Assembly (NCBI GenBank): GCA_001662655.1
Contig: KV460221.1
Direction: 5' to 3' (one strand)
Length of the DNA: 64,000 bases
Source of the DNA: Pseudogymnoascus verrucosus
Lineage: Eukaryota
Part shown: one piece after another, positions 62,156 to 64,000 of the stretch
Position numbering within the stretch: the stretch's first letter is position 1
Layout of the letters: every line of letters starts with the position of its first letter
Position numbers and translations under genes: made by a program
Notes under the pieces: generated by a model
Seen by the model: the letters and a program-made list of their open reading frames with translations, nothing else
The model's database searches: none
What the model was told of the DNA's origin: nothing

Positions 62156-62549
62156 GGTGAGGGTAGTAGTGGGGGTTTGGAGGTGGTGGCGGTTGTGTTC
62201 GCACAGCTGTGCGGAGGTGGTGATGAGGTCGCAGGTGTGGTGTAGTCGTCGTAGAGTATATATTCGGTATAATCCCACTCGTCAAGTATGCTTCGTATAC
62301 TATCGTATGCTTCCGTAAGCTCTCTATCTGCGTATATAACAAGTAATATACAACAACTCGGTCATAAGGATGAGGATAAAGATGTTCTCCAGACCCTCAC
62401 AGCGAAGTTCGGCCTGTAGATCGCTGAGTTAGTCAGTCAGAGTTAGCAGTTGCCACATGCAGTCTAAGTCAAGTAAGCAAAATTATGTTATCCATGGCTA
62501 ACTGCGGCCATAATGCGGCCGTAAGGGAGAATTGCCGGTTAGACGATGT

Positions 62550-62705
62550 CTTATCCATGCTTATCCGTCTTATCGTTCTATCCATTGACAGCCATCCCTC
62601 GGCATGTTTCGGCATAACAATAAACCAACCATCACCGCCAATTCAACACACCCAACAAATGCCACCATACCCCGATTTTTAGCTGTTTGTACCGTACCGC
62701 CGAGG
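62550..62705. promoter_or_regulatory. Bidirectional promoter motifs: two CCGAGG (Far-type) sites and a GATA cluster
   Basis: CCTCGG 62597-62602, CCGAGG 62700-62705; CTTATC at 62550, 62560, 62569. Confidence 0.5.
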
Positions 62706-62910
62706 GATTGTGAAGTATATTTTCTTCTCAGCCTCAGCCTCTTTCTCTACCTTTCATCTCCCTATAAATATTCTTTATTCATCAATTTCATCCTCTCTTG
62801 AAGCTTCATATACCCCGGTCGCCTTCACGGATACCGTCGTAGACGAAGCTCTTATCGCACAACTCCCCGCTCTCTCCCCGCTTTCACCGCATACATAACC
62901 ATACATCACA

Positions 62911-64000
62911 ATGGCCATGAACGCAAGAACCACGACGAGGGCCTTCAGGGCTCTACGCGTAAGTCTACACCCTCAATGACCTCAATTACCTCAATTCCAC
63001 CTACCTGATCAATTCCTAACACTCCCCAGCCCTCCACCCTCCGCCCAATCGTCATCAATGCCACCCGCAGCTACGCCAGCTCCTCGGAGCCCAGCCTGAA
63101 GGACACCATGAAGGCCGTCATCCCCGCCAAGCGCGAGCTCCTCAAGAAAGTCAAGGCCCACAGCGACAAGGTCATCGGCGAGGTCAAGATCGAGAACACC
63201 CTCGGCGGCATGCGCGGTCTCAAAGCCATGGTCTGGGAAGGCTCCGTCCTCGACGCAAACGAGGGCATCCGCTTCCACGGCCGCACAATCAAGGAGTGCC
63301 AAGCTGAGCTCCCCAAGGGAACTTCCGGCACCGAGATGCTCCCCGAGGCCATGTTCTGGCTCCTCCTCACCGGCCAAGTCCCAACCGTCGGACAAACCCG
63401 CCAGTTCTCCCGCGAGCTCGCAGAGCAGGGCCAGCTCCCTGACTTCGTCAACTCCCTCCTCGACTCCCTACCAAAGGACCTGCACCCAATGACACAGTTC
63501 GCCATCGCCGTGTCAGCACTGAACCACACCTCCTCCTTCGCCAAGGCCTACGAGGCCGGCATCAACAAGGCCGACTACTGGGAGCCTACCTTCGACGACT
63601 CCATCTCCCTCCTCGCCAAGCTGCCCACCATCGCAGCCAAGATCTACCAGAACGCGTATAACGGCGGCGGTGCCCTGCCCGCTGAGATCGACACCGCGCA
63701 GGATTGGTCGTACAACTTCGCTGCCATGCTGGGACGTGGTGGCGAGAAGCACGAGGATTTCCAGGATCTTCTGCGTTTGTACCTTGCTCTGCACGGTGAC
63801 CACGAGGGTGGTAACGTCTCGGCGCATGCTACCCACTTGGTTGGCTCCGCGCTGAGCGACCCCTTCCTTTCTTACTCCGCTGGACTCCAGGGTCTCGCTG
63901 GTCCTCTTCACGGGTTCGTCCTCCTCCCTCCCCCCTCTTTCCACCCCACCCCCACCTCCTCAACATTTTATTTCATACCCTTGACGCACCCCCACTAACA
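62911..64000 (+). CDS. mcsA: Mitochondrial 2-methylcitrate synthase (partial, runs off the window)
   Basis: Presequence; GGMRGLKAMVWEGSVLDANEGIRF, LHPMTQF, HGDHEGGNVSAH, GLAGPLHG; adjacent to methylisocitrate lyase. Confidence 0.85.

Overview
Gene-dense, intron-containing DNA from a filamentous ascomycete (GT..AG introns with CTAAC/CTGAC branch sites; no species assignment attempted). About 24 protein-coding genes can be supported. They include conserved metabolic genes (glutamate decarboxylase, a glutamine-synthetase-like/SDR divergent pair, a New1/Elf1-type eEF3-like ABC-F protein, a methylisocitrate lyase/methylcitrate synthase divergent pair), secreted or surface proteins (GH45-like, fasciclin, G1 peptidase, hydrophobin, AA9 LPMO) and accessory genes (ankyrin-CorA-like, HET, methyltransferases, PTH11-like). 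Non-coding elements include a 326-bp hAT-type MITE with an exact 8-bp TSD, a 5S rRNA 3' fragment, and a repeat-rich region holding a candidate Pol III transcription unit. The most striking observation is an intronless gene (49100-50110) encoding a histone H3 N-terminal tail mimic (18/21 identical, differing only at K9R/K14A/K18A) fused to an F-box-like protein. Also notable are a GH45 lacking its catalytic acid and carrying a GPI-like tail, and a GS-like/SDR pair resembling the actinobacterial gamma-glutamylation pathway. All family assignments come from motif recognition by eye; no database searches were run, and exon boundaries were read manually.
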